A DNA stretch of 62,411 nucleotides. Source: Selaginella moellendorffii. Its lineage: Eukaryota > Plantae > Lycopodiophyta. A program made the position numbers and the translations under genes. The stretch lies in contig NW_003314447.1 in assembly GCF_000143415.4 (NCBI RefSeq), positions 1 to 62,411 on the forward strand, given 5' to 3'. Below are positions 38,201 to 52,392 of the stretch, one piece after another (the stretch's first letter is position 1; every line of letters begins with the position of its first letter). The notes beneath the pieces were generated by a model. It had not been told where the DNA came from. It ran no database searches and was given only the letters and a program-made list of their open reading frames with translations.

Positions 38201-38703
38201 TATATGCGTTAAATGACAATCACCCAAGGCTCAAAACTCCACTAAAAGATAATTGCACTTCAAGACTATTGCACTCAATATACATGCTAATAAGAACAAT
38301 CTGGGTAGACAAAATTGCAACCAAACAAATGGTCATGCAACATTGAGCAAGCATTGGCAGAACATCAACTCATTTTGTACATAAGTATGCATAGAGGTGG
38401 ATTGCTTGCTTACCACACTCATGCAACACGTACACACTGATCATCGTGTTTCATCCTGCTCAATCAAATGCATCTCAATGAGCCCACACTTTCCATACAT
38501 ATAAACTCAACTACTAGAAAGAATTCAAGCACACATTTACTTGCCCTTGGAGAGAATCTCCCAGCACAGTGCAAACACCCATGGCCTTCAGAAGAGTGAT
38601 CTCATTGCCCTCCATGCCTCCAAGGGTGCGAACTCTTACTCCAAGTACGTTTCTCAGTGGAGAGGTAAAATCGAACCCTATCCTCTTTTTGCCCTTTCTT
38701 TTG

Positions 38704-39873
38704 TCGATCTTCCATCCTCAAATCCCGAAACGATGATGAAAGAATCGCTTGGAACAGGTCCGGAAGTTTCGAATCAAAGACATGGCAAGGGCGATGGAAC
38801 AACGAGCGCTGGGGCGTGGGCGATCCGATCGCGCAGCTCGCCGCCAAGCCAGTGGGAGTGGAGCTCACGGCATTTCCAGAGGCAGAGGTGGATTCGACGT
38901 GGGGAAACCTCACGCACGCTCTCTCGGGCCTCTTTTGCGCATCGATCAACTTCCTCGAATTGCCAACTACGTTCTTGGGGCCGTGGTTCTCGTCGAGGCC
39001 CGAGGCAAACCGGACAGGAGGAGGAGGAGCTTTCGACGCTCCTGGCATGAAGAGGGTGGTGAAAGGAAAGAAATGGAGCAAGAGCGAGCACTCCCGAGAG
39101 AAGCACTCTGTAGAATGCCACGGCTCACGCCATGGCTCACGCTTCTCCCATGTAGAGACAAGGCTGGGCTCACGACGCTCCTGGACAGGCAGACGATTTA
39201 CAGTGGTATGTACCATTCCCAGAGGCTGCTTATCACTTCCGGTGACTTCGATCGGGACGAAGAAGGCACGACATTGGAGCAGGTTGTTTTCCGAAAGCTG
39301 CAAGACTGGACACTCTCCAGCATGTTTGGCTCAAAGCTGGTAGGCAAGTGCCCGCTTGCAACTACAAGTAGTGTCTATCTGGAGCTGGAGGAGAGCTTGG
39401 CGAAGCACTTGGCTGGAGATCTCAGCGAAGAAACAGGCATCAACTTCGCGGACAGTCGTGTTTTCAGTCTCAGCCCTGCTCCAAGTCGGGTGCTCGCGTC
39501 CTCTTCAGGCTCTCTTTTTCTGGCACACACAGCGAGCTCAGCCCCGGTGGATTGGTCTCCGGCTCGGGCTCAGTTCTACACAAGCTGGTACTTGGCTGGC
39601 AGCGGGAATGCAAGGGGATCCATCGTCATTTCGTTTCGGGCAAATGATGGTTCTTCCCGGGACTGTTACTCTCCAGGCATCGAGGCAGCCGAGGATGATA
39701 CCGAGGTATGTTCGTTTGAATGGCCACACGCTACAGGTTTCGTTGGATTGCCGAAACGTGGAGTTTTGGGACTGATGAGATTCACACCAGCAGAAGATCG
39801 CAAAGCTCCTGCGGCTGTGGAGATTGCTCTGCGAGTTTCTATTGCAACCCAGGCCATAACTCTTGACGATCCA
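38704..39873 (+). pseudogene. PIGT: PIG-T pseudogene type A copy 3
   Basis: Near-identical to 1-1170 at offset 38703. Confidence 0.9.
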
Positions 39874-41422
39874 TTTCGATTCACAACCCAAGAGGGGGCT
39901 TTGCCAAGGACGAAACGCCGAGCAGCACGAATGCGGGGGATAATCTCGTCTGGTGGGCGATCTAACAAAAACGCCATGGATTTCGCAAAGACCCCTGTCA
40001 TATGGTTCAAGTACATGGTATGATTTTTTTATTACGGGAACCCGGTTCCCGAGATGATGGCTATCAGGTAAGTGTAGAGGTAAACCGTTGTAGAAGACCC
40101 GGGTTCGATGCCGAAGGGTCCACTCAACAAGGACTTTTATGCAAAAATTTTGCTAAATAAGGAGCCATTATTCTGGTTCGCCGGCTCACAAAAACAGCTT
40201 AGACCAGTCATTTAGGACATCGGTCTCCCAGAACAAACGTTTCGGGTTCGATTCTCTTCCCGATATTTGTAAATACCAAATACTGAATCATCGTCGATCA
40301 TCAATGCGGATGCTCTGGCATCGGGAGCACCTCAGCATTGCGCAGATTGACGTGGGCAAGCTGGAGACTGCTGTGATAATCCATTTCCTGGCCTATCGGC
40401 GCAGCGGCGGCTCCAGCCCTGGCAGCTGGTTCTCTTGTCTCGTCTGATTCCATTGACAAGACATGATCGATCGCAGGCGCTCCTCCTGTCGCTCCTCCTC
40501 CTCCTCGCAGTGTAGCTTTCTCGACGCTGACCTTGTGTTTGGCGCCCTGGCGGCGGGATACGTTTTCAGGGACCAAGGTTGAGAGGTATGAACTTCCAGA
40601 GAAGTAGACTTTGTAAGCTTTCGGTGTGATCTTTCCAGGTTCAGGGCTGTGCTTGGAGCATCGACGCCACACATTCACCATCCATTCCTGTCACGAACAG
40701 GCAATTCCATCCTCAGGCAGCTCAAGTGGACGAAGTTCTCCATGTGCCTGGTGGGTTTGGGGGAATCAAACAAGCCCGCTTTTTCTCCCGAGCTTGATAC
40801 TCCTCCCGATTTTAGCACCCAAAAATCACCCCGATTCTTGAGACGCATCAAGGATATTTACTAGCCAGACTTCCATGGTGTCTACATGAAAGGTTTATGC
40901 GAAGGAGGGCGCCACCCTCACTGTCAGCTTTAACACTTTCCCAGCAAGAGCGTGGTCGAGGCTTTTGACAAGCGCCAAAGGGGTGATTACAGTTCCCTAG
41001 GATCACCCCCGCATTGATCTGCCACAGGAGAACTAAATCTCTCGTGCCTCTTGATTATTGCTAGTGAGAGCAGCAGGAGCTTGATGGTGCAGAACTACCA
41101 CTTTCTGTTCTATCTGGAAGCGTCCCAGTTGTCACCGCACCAAATGCCACGAACTTTCTAGGGCATAAAATGAGTAACTATCACAAATATTCTTTTGCAT
41201 AGCTCGAACCAAGGCACCACTGGACTACTGATCTTTCATAACATTATTAAGAACGGAAGGCTTTAATGTGAAAAAAGCCTGATCTTGTCCATAACCAATA
41301 GGAGGTGGGATACAGGATCAGCAAGCAATCCCAAAGTGTATGCGACATTTCTACTTTCATACTTTTTATGCTAGAATCAGTGCATCTTAGATTCTTTGAC
41401 AAGGAGAGGCACTAAAATAGCA

Positions 41423-41750
41423 TCAAACTTGTAAATAGGTACTGTGCATCACCTTGACCACATCAAAATAAAAAGTAATACTGTGTTGATCTCCAGAAAA
41501 TTGAACACTAGTATCAGTAAGGCTTTTCATAGATAACAAATTTTCTTGCACTTCTGGGACATGTGTATAGTGCCATTTGTTAAGCTCAATGAAAATAGAA
41601 CTAACACTTTTAGCCTCATAGAATTTTGCATTGGTGACTCCACAATGGGTATTAGTGTAGGCAAGCTTACTGTTTGAATAAAATTTACTCAATTTTTTAG
41701 CACTCAAAATTGTTGAATACATTGTCCTATTGAAGGGTGATCCAGGAAAT
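41423..41750 (-). mobile_element. Copia pol relic, duplicate
   Basis: Same ORF as 25518..25817. Confidence 0.5.
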
Positions 41751-42554
41751 ATATATACTTATAGATAGTGTACATATCTTGTTAGTTCTAGTATTTGTGA
41801 ATTTGAGATTTTATGGCATAATTCGACTGTTGCTTTCTAGATCATTCCATTTAAGGAGGTTTATTTATCCTATGCAAAGATTTCTCCTATTTGGCAAGTA
41901 GTTTGATTTTGTTACCTACAACAATGTCAATTACAATTGTCTTCTAAGAAAAATGACTTTACTATAGTTGTTAAACTAAAAACTCTATAAATTTACTCTT
42001 TTTTTATTTTAGATTACAATTAATTTAAAAAGTTAGAACAAGGATTAACTATTATATTGACTTCAAAAGAAACTTATATATCTTTTTGAATTTTAGAAAT
42101 TAAAATTTAAAAGTTTTTATTTTTCAATTGTGTATAGTATAGTGTAAATAAGCTATAGTTCATTTTTGCTTTAGATATTTGTAAACATAACAATTATATC
42201 CTAAATTTATTTATTTTATATATTAAATTTAAAGTTTATAAAATTTTATTTGGGTGTTTCAATGAAGTTTCCATTATGTGGCATTTTGAAAAAAGTAGTA
42301 AGAATATCAATCTTTACTCTTTAGTGAAATTCCATAAAATTTTATTTTGCTAAACACTGGAAATATATATTGTGCCATAACATTAGAAAGATTAGTAATA
42401 ACTCCTTGTTCTACTATTGAAAAACCATTCAAATATGCTAACAATTTCATAAATGTTATCACAACAATATAAATATTTATTAATATGAACATTCATATGA
42501 GCTCATTTTTATTAATATAAGCATTCGTATGAGCTCCTTTTTAAAATAAAAGGT

Positions 42555-43700
42555 CTCTTATTATTCTCTCCGTGTTAGTTGATATAGGTTTAAGTTTATG
42601 TTCTATTGCTCAAGCTGTTGCTACACATTGCCATCTACACTTGCGTCGTGCAATGGAGCCAATTTTCATTTTTTATGGCAATAGCTATACACATGTATAT
42701 GCATGGGATGAGGCAGACCTAATTGTGTGTATGGATCAGCTACATGATGTTAGTTTAAAGCTAAAGCAGTCGAACTGCGTATTTAGGTACAAGGACACAA
42801 CTTATCTTAGGTACTGTATTTCTCATGAGAGTTTGCAAGTTGATCTTGACAAATTTGTGGCTATTCTAAAGTTCTATACTCCGAAGTATGTGAATGATGT
42901 GTAGCACTTCCTAGGAAGGTGCAGTATCTTAGTCGTTTTGTGGATCATTTTTTTATCATATTACACTATTGTAAGCATTGTTGAAGTTATCAACGTCATC
43001 TTTTATTTAGTCTCCAGCTTGTGAGCGGGTGTTCATGGATCTCAAAGAGCTATTGAGGACTCTTCCAATTTTGGCATATTCTAACTACACTTGATCTTTC
43101 ATTTTGAGTGTGGATGCTTTTGATATTGGTTTTGGAGGTGTGTTGATGCAAGAGAGTCTAAGTGTGCCTGGTTAGTGCCATCTCATTGCATATATAAACT
43201 ATACATTACAACCAACAGAGATGAATTACTCCATGACAGAGAAGGAGTGTTTAGTAGCAGTTTGGGGTTTCAAGAAACTTCATGCATATCTACATGGTTT
43301 TCGGACGTTACTAAAAGGTGATTATGCTGCTATTACTTCAGTATTGAAGTGGAAAAACTTAGTTGGTCATATTGCTCGATGAGTTTTGAAGCTTCAAATA
43401 TATGATTTTAATGTTGTTCATCACTTGGGGAGTTCTATGGCTGATGCTGATGCTATTTCTCGAGCTCCTCTTCATTCTTCACTCTCTTCTCATGTTTTTG
43501 ACGAGCCTATTCTTTTAGCATTTGTGGATTTTCTAGACGAGGAGGTCACATGATAATGTCCTATATGTCTACCTAGAATAAGAGAATTATGGTAAGCATG
43601 GAGAAATTGTGGAAGTAATATGGAAGGCACCACCAGATGTAAATGATCATCAGGATTTGTTTCTACAAAATAAAGAAGGCCATCTTCATATTTAGGTTAT
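42555..43700 (+). mobile_element. Gypsy deletion derivative (PR-RT end-RNase H contiguous; integrase piece ~43550-43700 on minus)
   Basis: HLIAYINYTLQPTEMNYSMTEKECL reads through 43201/43202. Confidence 0.85.
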
Positions 43701-44834
43701 AGTTTATAAAGTTTAGTTAGTTAATAACATCTTTTTATACATTTTTTAGCATAATTAGATAACAATGAAAAGCTATCCCTCATCCTAATTCAAATAGTTT
43801 TCTAAAAAATTTCAACATTGTTTAACAAATAATAAAAATTACAATCAACTCTTAAGTAAAGCAAAAACACCAGCACTTGAACAACAGAAGGAAAGACAAT
43901 ACTCACCTCCCTCCAGGAGTTACAGTGGAAAAGGGTGGCACTTGCAGAGGCAACATTACACCTACTAATGTGGAACAAAAGTCCTCCACTTATACTTCTT
44001 TTGCTTAAAGTTTCTCCTTATTGCTAGCTTTAATAGTAAACACAAGAAAGTGTAGCATAGCTTGCAATGCAGCAACTTTGCTACTTCGTTTTTGCCAGGA
44101 TGCATGAAAGATATAAAACCAGCCAAGCACAGATCCTTCAAAGGCAAGAATGGACACTTGATCCTAAACTCCTCAAAGAAAAACCCATTTCAAGCCTATA
44201 CAGTTATAGTATCCAACTCAAGAAAAAAGTTTTTAACTTGTACATCTTCCTCCGTGGATCTAGCAAAGAGCAGTTTTTATCACCCGGAAGCTACAAGAGA
44301 AGCTAAAATGCAAGCACCAATTTTCACCTTTTTTGTTCTGTCAAAATACCTCTGTGGACAGAATGATTTCTCCAAGAGCCCAGAGTGCCATCATGATGAG
44401 CTCAAGTAGTGATTTACAGCCACACCAATTATCACCACCAGTATCACCTTGATCACTCTCATGTGCTTCTCGTTTCTCAGCCACTTGAGCTTTTGGTTCA
44501 GAAGCCCCGGCTTCTTCCCTTTTGCTTGTCAAGAACAAATGGCTTAAGAACAAGAGCTTGGAATAGATGGGGAGATAACTCTAGGTACCTTTGCTTTCTC
44601 GTTCTTCCTCACCTATTCTTCGCCTCAGAGTGTTTAACAGTGAATCAAAGTACAGCGCAAGAACCATGCACATTAGGGTGATCACGTTACTGCATGCTGA
44701 AATCCAGTGGCCAGTTGCATCAATGAAACTTTGCTATATATTTGCATTGGATGCTGTCTCTGTAAGAGGAGAGCAAAGACAAAACCCAGACTTGGAAGGA
44801 AAAAAAAAATTGACGACCTGAATAACAGCCAAAA

Positions 44835-45112
44835 TATGCGAGTACATCATCACTTTGGAACTGTTTGAACACAGAGCACCTTGGGAAAGTGATAACTGGG
44901 GAAGGCAGATCAAATCCATGGTTTGCATCCGGAGGATGCTTGTCAATGTGAAGAAATCCCTGCATGAATGGAACAGCACCATCAAGATCTTCCAGCTTTC
45001 CAGCTTTGAGCCAAACATCCTGGAGAGTGTCTAGTCTTGCAGCTTGGAAGACAGATCTTCTGAAACTTCTGGCTTTTGCAAAACAACGGTCAAGGTTTGC
45101 TCCAACATCCAA
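44835..45112 (-). pseudogene. PIGT: PIG-T fragment type B, second copy
   Basis: GFLHIDKHPPDANHGFDLPSPVITFP. Confidence 0.85.
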
Positions 45113-46951
45113 TTTTGAATATTAAGTCTATTGGGAAAGAAAGAAATTTTAATCAACTTATACAAAAATAACAAGATCGTTAGTATTACTACATTTTCTA
45201 TAGTATTCATTGCAATGACAAAAATCCATAGTTCATACCTATCACTATGTATCATTAGTATTAGCTATGATTTGTATTTGATTTTTTTTTTTAAAAATTA
45301 TACCTTGTAAATCTTTAGCATTTATATATACTTTTTTAACAATGTAAGTGTCACATATAATGAAATCATTGTAGAGAAATATTTTATTGTTTTCTTAGAA
45401 AAACTTGCAAGGTGGTGAGTGACTTTACCTATGTAATCTATAAATTATGTGATTTTATACATCTTTGCAATTTTTCTGGAATATTGTCTCATATGCAACA
45501 AGATTGTCTTCAAATCAAAGTAACTAATGCACTAGAAAAACATAGCACATTAGATGAGTTGCAATGATTGGCTAATATAGTTTTCACCTCTAGTTCTACC
45601 ATTACCTAATAGCATTGTGATGTACTTCGTGGAGAGAATTTCACATTCAATTGTTTGAACCAAGTTTATTTTACCTTGCTTTTGCTTAGAGATGCTACCA
45701 ATAAATTTAACTGTCTTACTTTTTCTTGCTGGCCTCTTGTGCATCTCTGTAGGAATAGTCCTGGTTTTGTCACTCATGTCTCCAACTCTCCTCTCAAGAT
45801 TGAAGCCAGATTTCTCAAGGTTTTCAATCTCATCCGAGGTGAGCGCGACCCTATTAGCAATTGGCCAATTTTTAGGTATTACATCAGATTTAGTCACTAT
45901 AGTGTCTTTAAGCCACTTTGTATGGTTGGCGTCAGTGTTGCACAATACAGCCAACACCATCTCAAAAATCTTGTTTGCCTTCATTCCTCATAGAAACATG
46001 GGGCTGGAATAAAAGCAAATTTGTCATCAGGAATCCAGGCCCAACACTTGCCCCTTGGAAACATCCCCACACACTTTACATTCGATTTTCCTGGCACACG
46101 TCGGATTGCTCATTGTTTTAGTTCCACACTACAGTAAACTCCCATGGTTGTCCAACTTGATATGAGCTCCATATGGTCAAAATGTACCCATGCATTTACA
46201 AGGTCACTAGACCTAAACATGTCTATTCGGGAGACAAGATTTACACCAAAGGTAGGGCCCATAATAGATATTTTGAAGACAAAGGGGTGCTCTTACTCAT
46301 TCACAATTTAATCTGGAAAAAAACTTCCGTGGATGAACTTGTATGGATAGATTTGTTTCAATTTAAGGATGGAGTCAATTTTTTATTGCAACTTCCCTTC
46401 TCAAGATTCACATCTCCAAACTTTTATCCTAAACAATATAATGTAAGAAAAAAATATTATTATAACATATGAAATATAACAAATATACCTCCTTAGGCTA
46501 GTAGCAGGATGTACTCCTCGTAGTAAGTCCTGCAAGCTAGCCTAGTTTAGTTGAGTTTTTTGGCAACCTAGATTGAGTAAAGTGTTTGCGATAAAATCCT
46601 TGAGGATAGTCTTTTGAACATACTTCGGAGTTGTAAATGAGTTTTTTATAGTCTTTTTTTGCATAACATCTTTGAAACGGTTGAGAAAACTCCTTTGTAT
46701 CCCTTTCTATATTAGATGCATATGTGTGCCAACATGCTTTGCAACTCTTCTAGCCACTCCATCCCATAGAAGAAAGTAGTACATCTTGGCTTTGTAAATA
46801 GTGCGACATAGAGGAGCATTTTTGTAGAATTGACACTTGAATCCAACAGTAATGATGTCACAGGCTGGAGGATTGACTACAGACCCTTTGAAAAATATAG
46901 AATTTCTATAGTGGTCTCGATTGCATGTTTCATCCACACAATCTAAATGCC

Positions 46952-48065
46952 TGTAAGCGACTAAATTTTCCATTCTACTTTAGTCACTTAACCACAGTTC
47001 TGACCACTTGGAGGAGTCTCATTCACAACCTCCATAAGTCCAATCCAGGACTTGGGACTTGCTAGCCCCAAGAATGGCATCCATGCCACTCAACATTTGC
47101 ACTTGGTCCAAGTGCTTCACGTGTCCGATCCCATGACCGACACTCAAAGGTACCACCGACATAGCAGCCCGTTACGCTAAGGCCATGCCCAATCACCTTT
47201 GCCACACTGGTAGTCCAATACCACTTGCATCACCGTCTTGGCTCTCCAAGACTAGGCAAACCATCCATGAGTGGTCATCTCCGATCCACTCCTTAGCATC
47301 CTTAGGATGCCCACCGACAAGGGGAATAGCCTTCCCCAATACCCCTCTGTCAGTCCCCACTAAGTCCCTTTCTGCCCCTGGCCGTGTTTGCCAACACTGC
47401 CACTGGATCGAGACCCACAGGCCCGACCACTAAGTCCCACGGTCCTCTGGGACTTCCTCACCACACGACTGTGTCCTTGGTCACTACCCCAGAGGACTGC
47501 TCCTCTTCCTTTCCACAGTCTGGGCCTTTGGGACAACATTTCGGAACACCGTGGCCTTACGCAAGCCACCTGGGTACTCTCCTCGCCTTCTGCCCTTGGG
47601 TGCTCTAGCCATGGGCTTAGAGCGGGTTCCGTTGAGCCACACCAGGTATCCAAGTAGGTAGTGCCACCCACACTTGGACTGGGAGCATCGGCCAGTCGAT
47701 CTCTCGGGGGAACTAGAGCCGGCTCTTGAACACTTCACCAAGCTACCCCACTTGTCGGTCTGTGTTCACTCTAGTCTTGGACTTCCCAGTGGGCAGCTCA
47801 TCACCCAACACTGGGTCTGGCCTTCCTAGGCCAAACTGGCCTTTCCTGGCCAAACTGGCTCCACTGCAATCCTCCCCCTACTATACTTTTGGAGCTCACC
47901 AAACCCCCCAGGGTCTGGGAGACGAATGCTTTGGGCTTTCACCCTCTCAGGCTCCGGACTCGGACTCGGACTCGGACTCGGACTCGGACTCGGACTCGGA
48001 TTCGGACTCGGACTCGGGCTTGGGCTCGGTCTCGGCCTCGGCCTCGGCCTCGGTCTCGGTCCCGA

Positions 48066-48103
<38 letters not shown>

Positions 48104-48743
48104 CCGGTCTCGGTCTCGACTTCGGACTCCATCTCGGACTCCATCTCGGACTCCATCTCGGGTCCATCTCGGACTCCATCTCGGACTCCATCTCGGGTCC
48201 ATCTCGGACTCCATCTCGGACTCCATTTCGGGTCCATCTCGGGTCCACCTCGGACTCCATCTCGGACTCCATCTCGAACTCCACTTCGGACTCCAACTCG
48301 GGTCCATCTCGGGTCCACCTCGGACTCCACTTCGGACTCCATCTCGGACTCCATCTCGAGTCCATCTCGGACTCCACTTCGGACTCCAACTCGGGTCCAT
48401 CTCGGACTCCACTTCGGACTCCAACTCGGGTCCATCTCGGACTCCACTTCGGACTCCAACTTGGGTCCATCTCGGACTCCACTTCGGACTCCAACTCGAG
48501 TCCATCTCGGACACTCCCACGTGTCATATGTTGGTTCTTTTGGGTCCCTTTTTGGAGCCTCGCCTTTTGCTCGCTTTGTGCTCGTTCCTCGAGCACTTCG
48601 TTGGGAGTTCCACTCCCGCTCTTGACTTTTCAAGTCGGAGCTTTTGGTCCAAACGTGTTACGCTCGTTTGGCTCTCGCTTCGGCCACTACCATGTGGCGC
48701 CCTTCCGGCTCCACTTTGGGGCCTAGGGATTTTGTGTCTCACA
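46952..48743. mobile_element. Young solo LTR (1792 bp)
   Basis: TGTAAG..CTCACA; TSD ATGCC 46947-46951 / 48744-48748; empty site at ~4977-4981. Confidence 0.95.
47954..48512. repeat. (GGACTC)n/(GGTCTC)n hexamer and (GGACTCCATCTC)n 12-mer array inside the LTR
   Basis: Directly visible; produces stop-free repetitive ORFs in all six frames. Confidence 0.95.
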
Positions 48744-50099
48744 ATGCCCACCATAATGAACTATAGACACTATGTTTTCAAAATGTTAGATGTGTATGGT
48801 CTTGATCTTGCATCAATTGTGGATATCTTGCTAGGTTTCCATCCCCTTCTGTTTAGAATCTGTGCTACTGACAAGAAATGGTAGCTCAAAGAAAATGTCA
48901 TTGTAGGAGGATGGAAGCTCGCTTACAAGCCTATACAAAAACAAGTGCACGTCAAGTGAATTCGGCGTTGACACTAGTATGACTTCTCAACTTGAACTAA
49001 AAAAGGACGAGAGGATAACGACTATCTCTTGCTTCACATTCACTTTGGCTGGAGCACATTTTGGCACTTTGACTAGAGATCCAAAAACTTGAATCTCCTT
49101 CAACTTGGAATTCTGTAAATCTTATTGTTATCCACCCTCACTCACACTAGAAAAAAGAAACTCCAAGTATGCAACTATACTGGTGTTGTTGCGAATCACA
49201 GCCTCTAAAGAAATAGAGCCAAGACGAAGATCAAAACACTAATTTTAAGTGGTAGATGATAATAAATCTTGTCAAATCTTATTCTTCAATGACAGATTTG
49301 ATTCATAGTATAACTCAAGTTTTATCCATAATTGTGAACACTGCTCAATGATATTTAAAGCACGTGCCTATTGTTTAGGATTTAATACAACACAAAATAA
49401 ATTTCTGGGTGAGGATTCATCCATTCATAGATGGATATAGTACAACATATTTTAACATGCCTTATTTATACTCTTTAAAGTTATTGTAATGATTCCAAAA
49501 TATGTACAAAATATTGATGAGAATGCATCCTTTCTAGATAATTTGTAAAAAATAATATCATATCTCTAATAATAGAAATGTTGATAGGTGCTAGTTATAT
49601 CATCATTAAAATATAAAAAATAAAGAAGCATAATTCACATATAATAATAATGATAAGATAAAATAAGATTGAAGATATTGTGATTGTTGAGATTTATGTT
49701 ATTTGGAATGAACAGCCGGGATGAAAGATTGGTTAGGGTTAGGGCAGCCATCATGATTAGGGTTAGGGTTCTCACTCTCAATCTCAACTTGTGTTCACAC
49801 TGGTGCGCTCCATCTCTTGCACTCTCCTACACTTGATCTCTCCCACTCACGTGCTCAATCTCTCGCACTTGTGCACTCCACGCTCAATCTCTCAATCTCT
49901 TGCATGCTCAATCGCTCGATCTATTGCATGCTCAATCCCTCAATCTCCTTCCCGCTCAATCCCTCCATCTCTTTCACGCTCAATCCCTCAATCTTTTGTG
50001 CGCTCCACTCACGGTGCGAACAATAACCTAATCTTGTTTTGATTTGATTGCTTTCACTTCTATTTTTTTATTCTTGCTTCTTTCTTGATTGTTTCTTCA

Positions 50100-51300
50100 A
50101 GGCTGGCCACCTCAGGCACTTTGGCCACTCGAGGGGCCAAGGTTATTTGAATAACCTTGGCCCGTCAAGCAGCCAAAGTGCTCGAGGTCAAGCTTGGGCT
50201 GGCTACCTTGGGCACTTAGGCTGCCCGAAGGGCCGAGGTTATTCAAATAACCTTTGCCCCTCGGGCAGCGAAAGTGCTTAAGGTTGAGCCTGGGCCAGCC
50301 ACCTTAGGCACTTTGGCTGCCCAACAAGCCGAGGTAACCTAAAACCTAAACCCTAAGCCTAGCCCAAGCTCGACCTCGGGCACTTTGGCCACCTGAGGGG
50401 CCGAGGTTATTCCTCGAGCGGCCAAAGTGCTTGAGGTGGCCAACCTAGGCTCAACCTTGGGCACTTTTGCCACCTGAGGAGCCGAGGTTATTCAAATAAT
50501 TTTGGCCCCTTGGGCAGCCAAAGTTCCCGAGGTGGCCAGCCTGGGCTCAACGTCGGGCACTTTGGCCACCCAAGGGGCCGAGGTTATTTAAATAACCTCA
50601 AGGGGCCAAGATAGAGCTCGGGCTGGGCATCTCGAGCACTTTGGCTACCTGAGGGGCCGAGGTTATTCAAATAACCTTTAACCTGTCAGGCAGCCAAAGT
50701 GCCTGAGGTTGAGCTCAGGCAAGCCACCTCGGGCACTTTAGCTACCCAAGTAGCCATTGAAGTGCTCGAGGCGGTTGGCCTCATATCAACCTCGGGCACT
50801 TTGGCCACCTGAGGGGCCGAGGTTATTCCTCGGGCGGCCAAAGCGCTTGAGGTGGCCAGCCTGGGCTCAACCTTGGGAACTTTCGCCACCTGAGGAGCCA
50901 AGGTTATTCAAATAACTTTGGCCCCTTGGGCAGCCAAAGTGCCCGAGGTGGCTGGCCCAGGCTCAACCTTGGGCACTTTGGCCACCCAAGGGGCTGAGGT
51001 TATTCAAATAACCTCAAGGGGCCAAGGTCAAGCTTAGGCTGGCCACCTCGAGCACTTTGGCTGCCTGAGGGGCCGAGGTTATTCAAATAACCTTTGACCT
51101 GTCGGGCAGCCAAAGTGTCCGAGGTCGAGCTTAGGCAAGCCACCTTGGGCACTTTAGCTACCCAAGTAGCCACTGAAGTGCTCGAGGTGGTTGGCCTCAT
51201 ATCGACCTCGGGCATTTTAGGGGCTAGACGGGCTAAGATTATTTGACTAACCTTGGCCCCCTAGGCAACCAAAGTGCCTAAAATGGAGTTTGGGCCCACT
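50100..51300. repeat. Double-palindrome array, second copy
   Basis: Colinear with 10098-11487 but missing about two units. Confidence 0.9.
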
Positions 51301-52392
51301 TGATTTTTTTTTTCTTTTTGATTGTTTGAATTTCTTATTATCTTTATTTAGTTTGATTAACAAAATTTTTCTCTTGCAGAAAAGAAAAATTGTACCACAT
51401 AAAAAGGTTGTTGGAGCCAAGAAGACACAAGAAGTTCAATCTAGCACTGATGACAACATCACGATCGACATATCCATTGGCACATCAATAAAGACACATT
51501 TACTTAGAGATCCACCGCCTCCACCACCATCACCTCCACCATCATTATCTCCACTATCGCCATCGCCACCTCCACCACCACCATCACCACCTCCATCATT
51601 GCCATCACCACCACTACTATTGCCACCACCACTGCCACTATTGCCTCCACCCCTGCCGCCACCACCACCACCCCCACCATCACCACTACTACTTCCACTT
51701 TACTCCTCACTGGCCCACCACTAGCACAAATCCTTAAAGTTGGGCAATCTAGTGGTGTTCACAATAGGAAACCAAAGGTACAGCTTGAGCTGAAAAAGTT
51801 GTAGACCTTCTTGACAACGTGGTGGACAAGTGCTTCCAAGAGAATATTATATGCGAACAAGGGAAAAAATAGTTCACCAAACACTTAAGGCACTCAAGTG
51901 GCTAGGCCCTTGTGACTTGATTAAAGAAATCCCCTTTTGTCGTTTGCAGTAGACGAATCTTGTCCGCACAACATCCAAGCATGTCAACCTGGATATATAT
52001 AGCTTGTTCAAACAGAATGGCCATATGATAAATATCAATATGTTTCTAGTCTCTTTTTGCAAGCCAAGAACAATGGAAATCGTTACTGTCACACCCAAGA
52101 ATATGAATAGCTGGGATCCTATTTGGAGGAGGAAGTCCCTGGAATTTAATAACATGCTTATCAAACATCCTAAGACTCAATAGCTTGTGAAGACAATATT
52201 CCAAACTATTGATGGTAACCACCAATATGAGGCTTGGATGAAGTGTATCGATGATCATTTTTGCAATGATCCCGTCTACCATATCAACATTTCAGTCAGG
52301 CATGTCTATGCAAGGGGACTTTTGGATGTCAACAATCTTATCTTGGCCTGCCAAAAGATCAATGCGTAAGTTTTATAATTTTACATCCAACT

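Larger units (their letters stand above)
45610..49240 (-). pseudogene. Mutator-like transposase relic, second copy, interrupted by a solo LTR
   Basis: Reverse complement of 4507-6317; start codon region lost in a ~0.42 kb deletion at ~49242. Confidence 0.45.

Noticed and set aside
47726-48884. Long SR-like, RD- or SD-repeat ORFs (also 55039-56453)
   Set aside because: By-products of a stop-free hexamer array inside TSD-flanked LTRs; open in all frames.
51290-51724. Extensin-like proline-rich ORF
   Set aside because: A (CCA)n tract within exon 2 of the fusion gene; no signal peptide, and the ORF start lies in an intron.
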